From IMG/VR virus record IMGVR_UViG_3300032117_000007: DNA of 64,000 nucleotides; one strand, given 5' to 3'. This stretch comes from an uncultured virus (IMG/VR IMGVR_UViG_3300032117_000007). Taxonomy: Duplodnaviria > Heunggongvirae > Uroviricota > Caudoviricetes. The notes beneath the pieces were generated by a model. That model ran no database searches. It saw only the letters and a list, made by a program, of their open reading frames with translations, and was not told the origin of the DNA. This document shows, one piece after another, positions 34,416-43,972 of the stretch. Each line of letters begins with the position of its first letter. Within the stretch, counting starts at the first letter, position 1. The position numbers and the translations under genes were made by a program.

Positions 34416-35042
34416 TTATTGTATAAGTTGCCATCTCTTAAATGAAAATTCTACTGATACTCTGTAAAGTTTATCAGTATCACTCCAATCAACCGTTGTA
34501 TCATCTATAGCTGTTGGAAATGCCTCAATAACTTTTATATTCTTGGAAATATTTCCAAGATTATCACAAACTGTAATGGATATATCTTGCACAATATCAT
34601 TTCTATATGCCACAGAATATTGTGGTTGACTTTCAACACCAGTAAAAATACCGGTATAATCAAACGCAGAGGTAGTCCAAAGATAAAAAAGTTTGAAAAT
34701 ATCACTTGCTTTATTTTCTAGAAAAGTAATATGCATTTTGCTAAATCTAGCATTTGTTGTAAATTGTTTATTGATACCTACACCATACGTGCGATTGTCA
34801 ATAGTGTCCAATGTAATACCAGGAATTCTAACTTGCTCTGCTCTAAATTGAAGTAGTCTATCCAATGGGTATTGAAATTTAAATCTAGTTTGTTTCTGAA
34901 ATAATGCAGGGAGCATGAAATTACAAAAATATCTATTAGTCTGAATTGTGCCAGTTTGATTTAAATGCTCCGTAAAATTGGATATATTAAACCCTTGATC
35001 TGCGCTAATGGTTTGATCCGTGCTTATGGGTGTAAGTGCCAT
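34416..35042 (-). CDS. Tail tube-like / baseplate-tube initiator (gp54/gp19 family)
   Basis: VxIPG...EAFPxxI...W...VEFSF. Confidence 0.65.
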   Translation of the reverse strand: MALTPISTDQTISADQGFNISNFTEHLNQTGTIQTNRYFCNFMLPALFQKQTRFKFQYPLDRLLQFRAEQVRIPGITLDTIDNRTYGVGINKQFTTNARFSKMHITFLENKASDIFKLFYLWTTSAFDYTGIFTGVESQPQYSVAYRNDIVQDISITVCDNLGNISKNIKVIEAFPTAIDDTTVDWSDTDKLYRVSVEFSFKRWQLIQ

Positions 35043-35043
35043 A

Positions 35044-35652
35044 TTATCCTACCATTTCCTGTGATTCTTTCCAGACAGTTGTATTTGATGCTTTCTTGAA
35101 ACGAGCAGAAGGAAGCATAAGTGCTGCATCCCACATTCTAGGTTGAATATTCAAGAAATTACTTCTTACATGATCATGTAGATACATTTTAAAACATGGT
35201 TTAAAATATTTAAATTTTGAAGCATTATTTAAAATCTCATATGATAGTTTCAATTTTGTATCGGCATTAAATTTTGTATCTTGTGAAATGGTGTAAAGTC
35301 TATCCATTAGTTTTGCTCTAAGAATTGGTGGAAGATAATGGAGATTGATACCTTGAAAGCCACCATGGGTAAAACCTACCAAGAAAATAAGCGGGAATGT
35401 ATCATAATACGGAAGTGTATCTTTATGCTTGGGATCATAAAAATACATATACATTTTTCCAATATCGTTCATTGTTATCTTTGAATATAGATTTTCCTTA
35501 TCATTCATCATCCGATTCTTGTTTACACTCGAAACGGTTGCTGCTGCATTTCTAAACCATGATCTTGTATCACGTTGACGAACATCGTCGGTGATACCTT
35601 CTGCACGGCCTTTCCGTGCTAATTGTGTGAAGATATAAGATTCGTTGGCCAA
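35044..35652 (-). CDS. 2: DNA end protector gp2
   Basis: GKMYMYFYDPKHKxTLPYYDxFPL, GINLHYLPP; TTG start. Confidence 0.92.
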   Translation of the reverse strand: MANESYIFTQLARKGRAEGITDDVRQRDTRSWFRNAAATVSSVNKNRMMNDKENLYSKITMNDIGKMYMYFYDPKHKDTLPYYDTFPLIFLVGFTHGGFQGINLHYLPPILRAKLMDRLYTISQDTKFNADTKLKLSYEILNNASKFKYFKPCFKMYLHDHVRSNFLNIQPRMWDAALMLPSARFKKASNTTVWKESQEMVG

Positions 35653-35687
35653 AAGTTAAATCCAATAAAGTTGTGAACTATTTATTG

Positions 35688-36116
35688 TTAAATCCCAAGT
35701 TCTTTCTCTGTAAAGATCACAAATTCATATCCGCGGTCTTTTGCGTATTCCGTTGCTGCTTTCCATTTTGCTTGATTTATACCCCACGTCATTACTTCTC
35801 TCAAATATTTCTTTGATTTCTTTTTTTCTTCTGTAATGACTGGTGGTATAGTCTGATGTTTAGGTTTTACTTCTATAAGAAGAATTTTGTTTTGATTAGT
35901 TTTGACAATAAAATCTATGAAATAACGATGTATCTTACCATCGACTGGTGATCTATATCTGACAATGGTTTCTTCAGATCCCCACCATAATATATTTGGA
36001 TCTTTGTCAAGTCTCATCATAAGTTTACATTCCCACAAACTCCTATAAATTATATTTGTGGGGTTACCTTTATATTTAGAAGGATTAATTGGTTTAAATT
36101 TTCCGGAATATGCCAT
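35688..36116 (-). CDS. 4: Head completion nuclease gp4 (TnsA-like)
   Basis: YxGKFKPxNPxKYKG, YRSLWE, HRYFxDF, EVKP, NQAKW. Confidence 0.95.
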   Translation of the reverse strand: MAYSGKFKPINPSKYKGNPTNIIYRSLWECKLMMRLDKDPNILWWGSEETIVRYRSPVDGKIHRYFIDFIVKTNQNKILLIEVKPKHQTIPPVITEEKKKSKKYLREVMTWGINQAKWKAATEYAKDRGYEFVIFTEKELGI

Positions 36117-36123
36117 AGTTTTA

Positions 36124-36149
36124 TATAAATATCAAAAACACTATTTATA
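36124..36149. promoter_or_regulatory. Pair of oppositely oriented T4 late promoters between gp4 and gp48
   Basis: TATAAATA at 36124-36131 (+) and 36142-36149 (-). Confidence 0.8.
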
Positions 36150-36160
36150 GAGAAGTGTAT

Positions 36161-37222
36161 ATGGCTTCAGTTTTCCAATATTTATCCGCAGCAGGTTCCG
36201 ATTTAGCTCGAATTGGTCGTGGTGTTTTCGCGGCAGGTGGTGCAGTCTCTGCACTTTCTGCATTTGCGGCCGCAGCAAAACTTGCTGGACAAGGTTCTGG
36301 ATTTCCTGGTGCTTCTCTTATATTTCCAGGTGATGTTTTAGATAACTATACAATGACCATAAGATTCATGCAATATCAGAAAAGATCCATTGGTTCAAAT
36401 GCTTCTCTGACATCTACCGGGTCAAATATAATTTTACCCATACCCAAAAATCTGATGGATACTATCCATTTAAATTATAGCACAGAAAATTTAGGTTCAG
36501 CAGTTGGTGCAGCAGTTCAAAGTTTGTCACAATCTGGAATATCTTCTTCTTCTTTTTCTTCTTTTGAAAAAGGTATAGGCGCTTTAGAAGCAGGGGCTGG
36601 AGCAGTTGCGGCCGGTGCTGCTGGATCAGCCATTAGTAAATTGCAAAGTGCTAATACACAAATAGCAGGTGCTGTTAGCGCTGTTTCTGGTCTTGCAATC
36701 AATCCATTCCAAACAGTATTATTTCAAAATGTAAATTTCAAGAATCATTCTTTTGAATGGCTTCTTACACCTTCAAATAAAGCAGAATCAGAAACTTTAC
36801 AGAAAATTATTACTGTATTAAAACAAAATTCACTTCCCGGTGTTCCAAATTCAAGTGATGGTTTGTTTTTTACCTATCCAAATATTGTTCAAATTCAACT
36901 TAGTTCTCCTGTATCACAATATACATATTCTTTTAAACCGGCAGTAATAGAAAGTTTATCATTCAATTATGCTGCCGGTGGCACACCATCGTTCTTTAGT
37001 GAGACCAATGCACCTACAGCAGTAAGTCTGAATATGCAATGCAAAGAAATTGAACTTTGGACACAATTGGATTATGGAGGATCTACATCACATGCATCTA
37101 TATTGTCTGAACTTGTGAATAACATTACACCAAACAATTCAAGTCCAGTCCCTGGTCCAGTCCCTGGTCCAGTCCCTGGTCCAGTCCCTGGTCCAGTTCC
37201 TGGTCAAGTTTCCGGTCAATAA
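36161..37222 (+). CDS. 48: Baseplate tail-tube cap gp48, with C-terminal (PGPV)n tail
   Basis: LPIP, NPFxxVLFxxxxFKxHSFxWxLxP, YP, KPAV, ELWT. Confidence 0.8.
   Translation: MASVFQYLSAAGSDLARIGRGVFAAGGAVSALSAFAAAAKLAGQGSGFPGASLIFPGDVLDNYTMTIRFMQYQKRSIGSNASLTSTGSNIILPIPKNLMDTIHLNYSTENLGSAVGAAVQSLSQSGISSSSFSSFEKGIGALEAGAGAVAAGAAGSAISKLQSANTQIAGAVSAVSGLAINPFQTVLFQNVNFKNHSFEWLLTPSNKAESETLQKIITVLKQNSLPGVPNSSDGLFFTYPNIVQIQLSSPVSQYTYSFKPAVIESLSFNYAAGGTPSFFSETNAPTAVSLNMQCKEIELWTQLDYGGSTSHASILSELVNNITPNNSSPVPGPVPGPVPGPVPGPVPGQVSGQ
37145..37215 (+). repeat. 12-bp tandem repeat CCAGTCCCTGGT (PVPG)
   Basis: About five copies visible. Confidence 0.9.
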
Positions 37223-37224
37223 TC

Positions 37225-38106
37225 ATGTCAGAAAAATATTTTTCTAAATTTCCCATCATCATTTATGCAGGGCAGAATGTTATTAACATTACTGAACGTG
37301 CTGCAGTACTTCAGAGTGTATATAATAATCCCAACTTGTATTATCAATATGATGTTAAGAATAGTGAAAGACCAGACAACATTTCTGATAGATATTACGA
37401 AGATGAATATGCTTCGTGGGTATTATATCTCTGTAATAATATAGTAGATCCGTATTATCAATGGTATATGGATCAGGACACTTTCAATGCTTATATTTCC
37501 AAGAAATATGGATCAGTCCAATTAGCACAAAGTAAGATCAAATACTACAGAAACAACTGGTATATCAATCAGAATCCAATTTCCGTTGCAGTTTATAACA
37601 ATCTTTCATCATCTCTCCAAACATACTATCAACCATTGTATGTCGACCAATATAAGTCATTAACACCACAATCTTATATCAGAGCGCAATCAGATCAGAT
37701 TGTTACAACAAATCAAATTGTTTCTTATAACGTATTCAATGGTTCTACTTTTATTCAAGATGAACCTGTAAATGTGGTATTTGATTCTAATAACAGTGGT
37801 CATGGTCAGGTTTGTTTTGCAAACTCATCTGTTTTAAATATTCAACATACATCTGGTATTGTAACCACTGGAACAATCGGCAGTCTAAGTTATATCTATG
37901 GCAAACAAAGTTTCACAAATACTGCATTTACTTCTGCCTCATCTTTGGTCACTACTATACCTTCTGATGAAGTTGTGTATTGGACTCCTGTATATTACTA
38001 TGATTATGAAACTGAACTAAATGAAGCAAATAAATCAATACAAGTTCTCAATTCAACTTATTTGAATTCCATTTCGGACCAATTATCAGCACTTCTTTCG
38101 AGTTAG
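37225..38106 (+). CDS. 53: Baseplate wedge protein gp53
   Basis: YFSKFP, ERPDxISxRYY, WV..NNIVDPYYQW, YDYExELNE. Confidence 0.88.
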   Translation: MSEKYFSKFPIIIYAGQNVINITERAAVLQSVYNNPNLYYQYDVKNSERPDNISDRYYEDEYASWVLYLCNNIVDPYYQWYMDQDTFNAYISKKYGSVQLAQSKIKYYRNNWYINQNPISVAVYNNLSSSLQTYYQPLYVDQYKSLTPQSYIRAQSDQIVTTNQIVSYNVFNGSTFIQDEPVNVVFDSNNSGHGQVCFANSSVLNIQHTSGIVTTGTIGSLSYIYGKQSFTNTAFTSASSLVTTIPSDEVVYWTPVYYYDYETELNEANKSIQVLNSTYLNSISDQLSALLSS

Positions 38107-38107
38107 C

Positions 38108-39343
38108 ATGGCAAATTATACACCTGGTGATCTTCAAGTATCAAAACTAATTGTGATGTCTGAAAGAGGCATCCTGGATCTTACAACATCATTTGTTGCA
38201 ATGTCAATATATGAAAGTATTTTTACTCCAGGTATGGTTGCAGATATTGTAGTTCTAGATACTCAGGATCAACTTGGAACCTTGAAAATCCAAGGTGATG
38301 AAATGGTTACCTTTACATGTGCAATACCAGGTGGAACTAAATCATCCTTTGTTTTTGCTCTATATACACTTACGGATGTAAAAGCCGCTGGTGCTCAAAA
38401 GTCAAAGATGTATACTATTCAATGTGTTTCACAAGAAGCAATGTTTGCCAAAACACATTATATTCAAAAGAGTTATACAGATACATGTGCAAATATCGTG
38501 AAAGATATTCATACTAATTCCATCTTTTTAAACAGTCAAAAACCACTCACGGTCGAGGATACTCTTGGGCCACAGACCATCACAGTTCCTCATAAGTCTC
38601 CATATCAAGCAATCAATCTTGTCAAGAAAAGAGCAGTATCTGCTAATACTCAATCATCTTCATACGTATATTTTGAATCCAGAAATAATGGAAAACAGCA
38701 ATTCAATTTTGTTACCGTTGAATCATTATTCAAAGGCAATGCTGTAAAGAAATTCCAACAATCAGATGCTATCAATACAAATATTCTTGCTCAACAAGAT
38801 AACAATATTTTAGCATATACTGTTCCAAAACAATTATCATCTATTGATCTAATTGATCTTGCAGGTCCAAGAAGAACTACTGTGTTTAATTTCACAACAC
38901 AGCAATTCACATCAAATGTTGCACAAACATCGACAACAAAATTTAATACGGCAGGCATTTCATCTGCCAAAAGTATATCTACTTCATTCATGAATACTTA
39001 TTTTGATACACAAAATCCTCGATTTACACTATCACCTATGAGTTATTCTCAGGTTCCAGATTCAAATATTCCTGGTTCTCTTGCTGATAAACAAGCATAT
39101 ATTGCACTTCTTCTTCAAAATGCTATTAAAATTAGAGTTCCAGGTGATATTGTTCTTACTGCTGGTTCAATGATAAATTGTTTAATACCAAATAAACAAG
39201 GTCTTACTGGGTCTGTGAAAATGGATCCGTTACTTTCAGGTAATTTTTTGATTACAAGAATTCATCATCGTATCGGTCAGGTAATTGAAAAACCTAGATA
39301 TACATGCATTATAGAAGGAATTAAGGGGACTTATAATTCATGA
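38108..39343 (+). CDS. Baseplate hub protein (gp27-like)
   Basis: IYESIF, YFE, VPGD, SGNFLITRIHH; position between gp53 and gp5. Confidence 0.65.
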   Translation: MANYTPGDLQVSKLIVMSERGILDLTTSFVAMSIYESIFTPGMVADIVVLDTQDQLGTLKIQGDEMVTFTCAIPGGTKSSFVFALYTLTDVKAAGAQKSKMYTIQCVSQEAMFAKTHYIQKSYTDTCANIVKDIHTNSIFLNSQKPLTVEDTLGPQTITVPHKSPYQAINLVKKRAVSANTQSSSYVYFESRNNGKQQFNFVTVESLFKGNAVKKFQQSDAINTNILAQQDNNILAYTVPKQLSSIDLIDLAGPRRTTVFNFTTQQFTSNVAQTSTTKFNTAGISSAKSISTSFMNTYFDTQNPRFTLSPMSYSQVPDSNIPGSLADKQAYIALLLQNAIKIRVPGDIVLTAGSMINCLIPNKQGLTGSVKMDPLLSGNFLITRIHHRIGQVIEKPRYTCIIEGIKGTYNS

Positions 39344-40923
39344 TGTATAATATGGGAGAAACACCATTTGCTTGGTTTATTGCAACAGTTGTAAATGTTC
39401 AGGATCCCCATCAATCTGGTCGTGTTCAAATTCGTGTATACGGAAGACATGACGATACAACAAACATTCCTGATTCAGCATTACCTTGGGCACTTCCTCA
39501 ACAATCCGTAACATCTGCTGCCGTAGGAAGAATGGGCACTGCTCCTGTTGGACTTATGAAAGGTTCTCAGGTCATTGGTTTCTGGCTTGATGCAGATTTT
39601 CAATATCCAATTATTACAGGTTCGATTGGAAAATCTGGTGATCTTGTTCAAGGTGAAACATCTGGCGGCGCACCAACAATCGACACAACAGTAGGAAGTA
39701 TTCCTCCCGGAGCACAAGGTCAAGCAGTCAATTATAGATCACAATTAAATTCATCTGCTGCTTCTGTTGCATCTTTGGATTCCACTGGTGTTCCTCCGTC
39801 AATTTCAAATACTCTTGGTTCTATTATTACCAAAGCAGTTGAAAAGGATATGAAGAATGCCAAAACACCAACTGTAGCATATGCAAATAAAAACAATACT
39901 TCTGACATTCTAACTATACTTAAAACTGTTGATCCAAATAATTTGAATGCTTCTATTTCATGCCTTGGTTCGGCAATGTTTAATATTACAAATATTCTTA
40001 ATTCTGCACTTGCAATGATTAAGAAAATTGCAGGTCAATTTGAAAGTATTGTAATTCGTTCTATACAGAATGCTATTTTAAGTCTTGCTCAAAAATATGG
40101 TGTCTTTAAAGTTCTTGGTCTAATCAATGCCGCGGCAGCAGGAATAGCAGAAGTCGGTCAAGCACTTAATGCTTTGGCAAATATAAAAATATGCGGTGTG
40201 AATTTAATCAACCAGCAGGCAATAGATCAGACAAATCTTGCTATTGCAAAAGTATTAGATGGTTTGAATTCACTTACAAGTTTTGCCGTTGGTGCTGTAA
40301 ATACCGTAACAAATGCTGTTTCATCCGTAGTGTCAAGTGCTTTTGATACTATAGTCAATGAACCTCTTGCAAGTGTTCAAACAGCAACATCTGCTATACC
40401 ACCAGCAGTAATTGATTCCTCTAATGTTCCATCATCTTATGTTCAACAATTTTCAACTAATGATCCTTATCCAGGCTTCATTGTGTGGAATGATCCTACT
40501 GGTGTTAATCCTCCAGTATATACAGAAAGAAATGGTGAACCAAATTATACATCTGCTGATCAAGCATCTTTCTTTTCAACACAAAATCATTTTACAAATC
40601 AAATTGAAACATCAATAATTTCAGGAAATCTTTCATCATCATTTCTTACTAATATATTTTCATCATCTATTTCACATGCCGCAGGATCTATTATCTCAAA
40701 TAATCTAGGTAAAGGTTTTGCTATTGTAGGTGCTGCTGTTCTTGCATCTCAGTTTCTTCCTAAAATTAGTGATAATATCAATTCAAATTTTCTTCCTAAG
40801 CTTAAGCAAAGTGTAGTATTAAATACTGGAAATATTTCCTCTGCTGTTGATGGATTTGCAAGTAAACAACTAATGCTTTCTAGACAAATGCAAAATATGA
40901 GAATAGGTGTAGGTGTAAGTTAA
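39340..40923 (+). CDS. 5: gp5 N-terminal OB-fold protein with long helical extension
   Basis: WFxxxVxxxxDPxxxGRVQIRVYGxH...LPWA...GFWLD...P.I.G. Confidence 0.75.
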   Translation: MMYNMGETPFAWFIATVVNVQDPHQSGRVQIRVYGRHDDTTNIPDSALPWALPQQSVTSAAVGRMGTAPVGLMKGSQVIGFWLDADFQYPIITGSIGKSGDLVQGETSGGAPTIDTTVGSIPPGAQGQAVNYRSQLNSSAASVASLDSTGVPPSISNTLGSIITKAVEKDMKNAKTPTVAYANKNNTSDILTILKTVDPNNLNASISCLGSAMFNITNILNSALAMIKKIAGQFESIVIRSIQNAILSLAQKYGVFKVLGLINAAAAGIAEVGQALNALANIKICGVNLINQQAIDQTNLAIAKVLDGLNSLTSFAVGAVNTVTNAVSSVVSSAFDTIVNEPLASVQTATSAIPPAVIDSSNVPSSYVQQFSTNDPYPGFIVWNDPTGVNPPVYTERNGEPNYTSADQASFFSTQNHFTNQIETSIISGNLSSSFLTNIFSSSISHAAGSIISNNLGKGFAIVGAAVLASQFLPKISDNINSNFLPKLKQSVVLNTGNISSAVDGFASKQLMLSRQMQNMRIGVGVS

Positions 40924-41693
40924 TGACAGATTTATCAGATAATTTCAATGCAAAACATCCGGATTCCATTTTTGCAACGACATATCCCTACAATCAAGCA
41001 ACAATTACCAGAAGCGGTCATGAATTCCATATCAATGATGCAGATAACAATCAATCGTTAAAAGTTGCACATACGGCAGGAACATATGTTGAAATCGACA
41101 AATTTGGTAACTGGACCAAGACTGTTGTAGGAAAAGCATACGACTATTATAAGGATGGAATTTCCGAAACAGTTGATGGTCATAAAGATGTGAAGGTTGC
41201 TGGTGTTCTAAACACAAACGTCGATGGTTCAATGAATGAACAGGTAAACGGAAATAAGTATGTAGGTATCTCAGGGAATCTTCAGACTGGTATCGGCGGT
41301 CACAACTATGTTCATACAGAACTAGATATGCATGAAACGATTGGTGGTGATTACTCTACTAGTACTGAAGGCTCTAAATATGAGAATATAATACAGAATT
41401 CTGTTACTAATATCAATGGCGTAAAGGCTGATATTCTTAAATCTGATTGGTTTGTTACTTCATCTGGTTCTGTTGAATTGAATATGACAGGTTCTTTTCA
41501 TATCAAATGTAAAAATTTTGTTATTGATGCAGAATCTATTACATTCAATACACCAAATGGTCCATTTACTATCAATTCAAATTCCATTGCACTTAATACT
41601 CCAAATGGTCCTTTTACTCTTGTGTGTTCAACTGGAAATACTACTTCTTCCGGTGTATACAGTATTACAGGTTCACCTTTCAATCATAATTAA
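40923..41693 (+). CDS. gp5 C-terminal beta-helix spike protein
   Basis: YPYN...SGH...D...HxxGTYxEI followed by VxG repeats. Confidence 0.75.
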   Translation: MTDLSDNFNAKHPDSIFATTYPYNQATITRSGHEFHINDADNNQSLKVAHTAGTYVEIDKFGNWTKTVVGKAYDYYKDGISETVDGHKDVKVAGVLNTNVDGSMNEQVNGNKYVGISGNLQTGIGGHNYVHTELDMHETIGGDYSTSTEGSKYENIIQNSVTNINGVKADILKSDWFVTSSGSVELNMTGSFHIKCKNFVIDAESITFNTPNGPFTINSNSIALNTPNGPFTLVCSTGNTTSSGVYSITGSPFNHN

Positions 41694-41717
41694 ACCACTC
41701 ATATTCGGATAAAGAAA

Positions 41718-42143
41718 ATGTCAGGTTCAAGATCAGATTATGCAACACAATTAAAGAAAACTCCTGTAGTTTATTCAGATTTTCTTGATGATTTCACACC
41801 TCATCCTGCAACGGGTGATATTGGTAGAATAACAAATAGTCAATCAATTAAACAGTCTATTCAAAATCTTATTTTTACTAATTACGGTGAAAGACTATTT
41901 CAACCTACTATTGGTTCGAACGTGAATAGAATTCTTTTTGAACCAAATGATATTATAGCTCAACAGGATCTCCAATTTCATATCACAAATACACTTACAC
42001 AGAATGAACCAAGAATTATTCTTCTTGGTGTTACTGTTACGCCAGATGTTCAAAATGACTATGTATATGTAAATATTGTTTTTTCAATAATAAATAGTGT
42101 GGAAGTTCAATCTGTTTCAGTATATCTTCAGAGAGTTCGATAA
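41718..42143 (+). CDS. 25: Baseplate wedge subunit gp25
   Basis: YSDF, SIxNLIxTxxGERLFQPxIG, EPR. Confidence 0.92.
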   Translation: MSGSRSDYATQLKKTPVVYSDFLDDFTPHPATGDIGRITNSQSIKQSIQNLIFTNYGERLFQPTIGSNVNRILFEPNDIIAQQDLQFHITNTLTQNEPRIILLGVTVTPDVQNDYVYVNIVFSIINSVEVQSVSVYLQRVR

Positions 42144-42149
42144 CAAATC

Positions 42150-43970
42150 ATGGCATCAAATACATCAATCACTTTAGCTACACTTGATTTCGACACTCTC
42201 AAGTCGAACTTAGTTTCATTTTTACAGAGTCAACCACAGTTTGCAGATTATAATTTCTCCGGTTCAAATCTATCTGTGCTGTTGGATGTTCTTTCATATA
42301 ATACATATCTAAATGCATTCTATTTAAATATGGCAATTTCTGAATCATTCCTTGATTCTGCACAATTATTAAGTTCGGTCATTTCAAAAGCAAAAGAACT
42401 CAATTACGTTCCAAGATCATATCGTTCATCACAGGCTTTTTTGACTTGTGTATTTCCTCAGAGCAATCTTTCTGTATTAAAACTTCCTCGGGGAACACGC
42501 TTTGCTGGTAAAAATCAGAATGGAACATTTCAGTATGTTACAGAAGAAGCATTAGTGCAATATCCTGCAGGTGGTGTTTTCACATTTGCCAATCTTCAGG
42601 TGTTTGAAGGTAAGTATGTTACAGATGCTTATGTTGTGGATTCTACCATTCAGAATCAACAGTTTATCTTAAGCAATCAAAATGTTGATACAAATAGCAT
42701 CACTGTAAATGTCGTTGCAAATTCAGGTTCAAGCAATGTTCTTTATACACCTGCTTCAAGTCTCTTTGGTGTAAGTAATACATCTCCTGTATATTTCCTT
42801 CAAGCCACTGCAAATGGTTATTATCAACTACAATTCGGTGATGGTGTATTTGGTTTAGCACCAACCAATGGTTCTACTATTATTGCAAATTACGTCATCA
42901 CATCTGGTACTGATGGGAATGAAGCTTCAAACTTTACATTAGTTGATAATATAGGTGTTATCAATGGTTACGGTGGAGCAATCATTCCTACTATTAGTGC
43001 AAATAATTCATTTGGTGGTGCTAATTCCGAAACAATCGAGTCAATCCGATTTAATGCCCCAAGAAGTTTTCAGACACAGGAACGTGCAGTCACTGTAAAT
43101 GATTTTCAACAACTAGTTCTTGCCAATTTCCCTGATGTTCGTGCATGTTATGCATATGGCGGTGAAACAACAAACACTGTAAGTTTTGGAACTGTATTTG
43201 TTTCTGCCATTTCAAATGCAGGTTATAATCTATCAAATGGTGAAAAGAATGATATTGAAGCATTCCTTCTTGATAGAGTAACTCTTGGCATTACACCTAA
43301 GATGATTGATCCTGAATACATCTATCTAGATTTGAATGTAAATGTAGAATATGATCCTAATCAGACTTCATATACTTCTGTTGATATTCAGAATCTTACA
43401 TCGAATACTATTGTTGCTTATAATTCTTCTTCCTTAGAAGACTTCAATACAGAGTTTAAATATTCTCAACTTACACAAGCAATCAATAATGAGGATCCAT
43501 GCATTTCATCATGTGAAATGTCTGTAGTGATGAAACAGTCTGTATCACCATCCTTAAATACTTCTCAGACTCTTTCTGTTTCATTCCAGAATCCACTTAA
43601 GCCTGGCTCTATTCTTTCATCACAATTTACCTCAAATGGTCAGATATATTCATTTACTGATTACAATCCTAATAATAATACATTCCAATTTGAACAGTCA
43701 ACCTCTGGACTTTCAATCATAAATACTTCAAATAAACTCTACCTTCAGAATATTACTGTTGCAAATCAACAATCATATGCAGCTATAGGAACAGTTAATT
43801 ATGAAAATGGTCAAATCAGCATTGGTAATATTACTATTAATGATTTTATGGGTGGAGCTGGTGTCGTATTTTATGCCTCACCAGTAAATGAAAATATTTT
43901 TGTGACAGGGAATACTATCCTAGAGATTGATATTGAAACAGGCCTTACCATTAGCACATCGACTGTATAA
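42150..43970 (+). CDS. 6: Baseplate wedge subunit gp6
   Basis: LDFDxLKxNL, DYNFxGSxLSVLLDVLSYNT, FGDG, QERAVT. Confidence 0.95.
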   Translation: MASNTSITLATLDFDTLKSNLVSFLQSQPQFADYNFSGSNLSVLLDVLSYNTYLNAFYLNMAISESFLDSAQLLSSVISKAKELNYVPRSYRSSQAFLTCVFPQSNLSVLKLPRGTRFAGKNQNGTFQYVTEEALVQYPAGGVFTFANLQVFEGKYVTDAYVVDSTIQNQQFILSNQNVDTNSITVNVVANSGSSNVLYTPASSLFGVSNTSPVYFLQATANGYYQLQFGDGVFGLAPTNGSTIIANYVITSGTDGNEASNFTLVDNIGVINGYGGAIIPTISANNSFGGANSETIESIRFNAPRSFQTQERAVTVNDFQQLVLANFPDVRACYAYGGETTNTVSFGTVFVSAISNAGYNLSNGEKNDIEAFLLDRVTLGITPKMIDPEYIYLDLNVNVEYDPNQTSYTSVDIQNLTSNTIVAYNSSSLEDFNTEFKYSQLTQAINNEDPCISSCEMSVVMKQSVSPSLNTSQTLSVSFQNPLKPGSILSSQFTSNGQIYSFTDYNPNNNTFQFEQSTSGLSIINTSNKLYLQNITVANQQSYAAIGTVNYENGQISIGNITINDFMGGAGVVFYASPVNENIFVTGNTILEIDIETGLTISTSTV

Positions 43971-43972
43971 TA

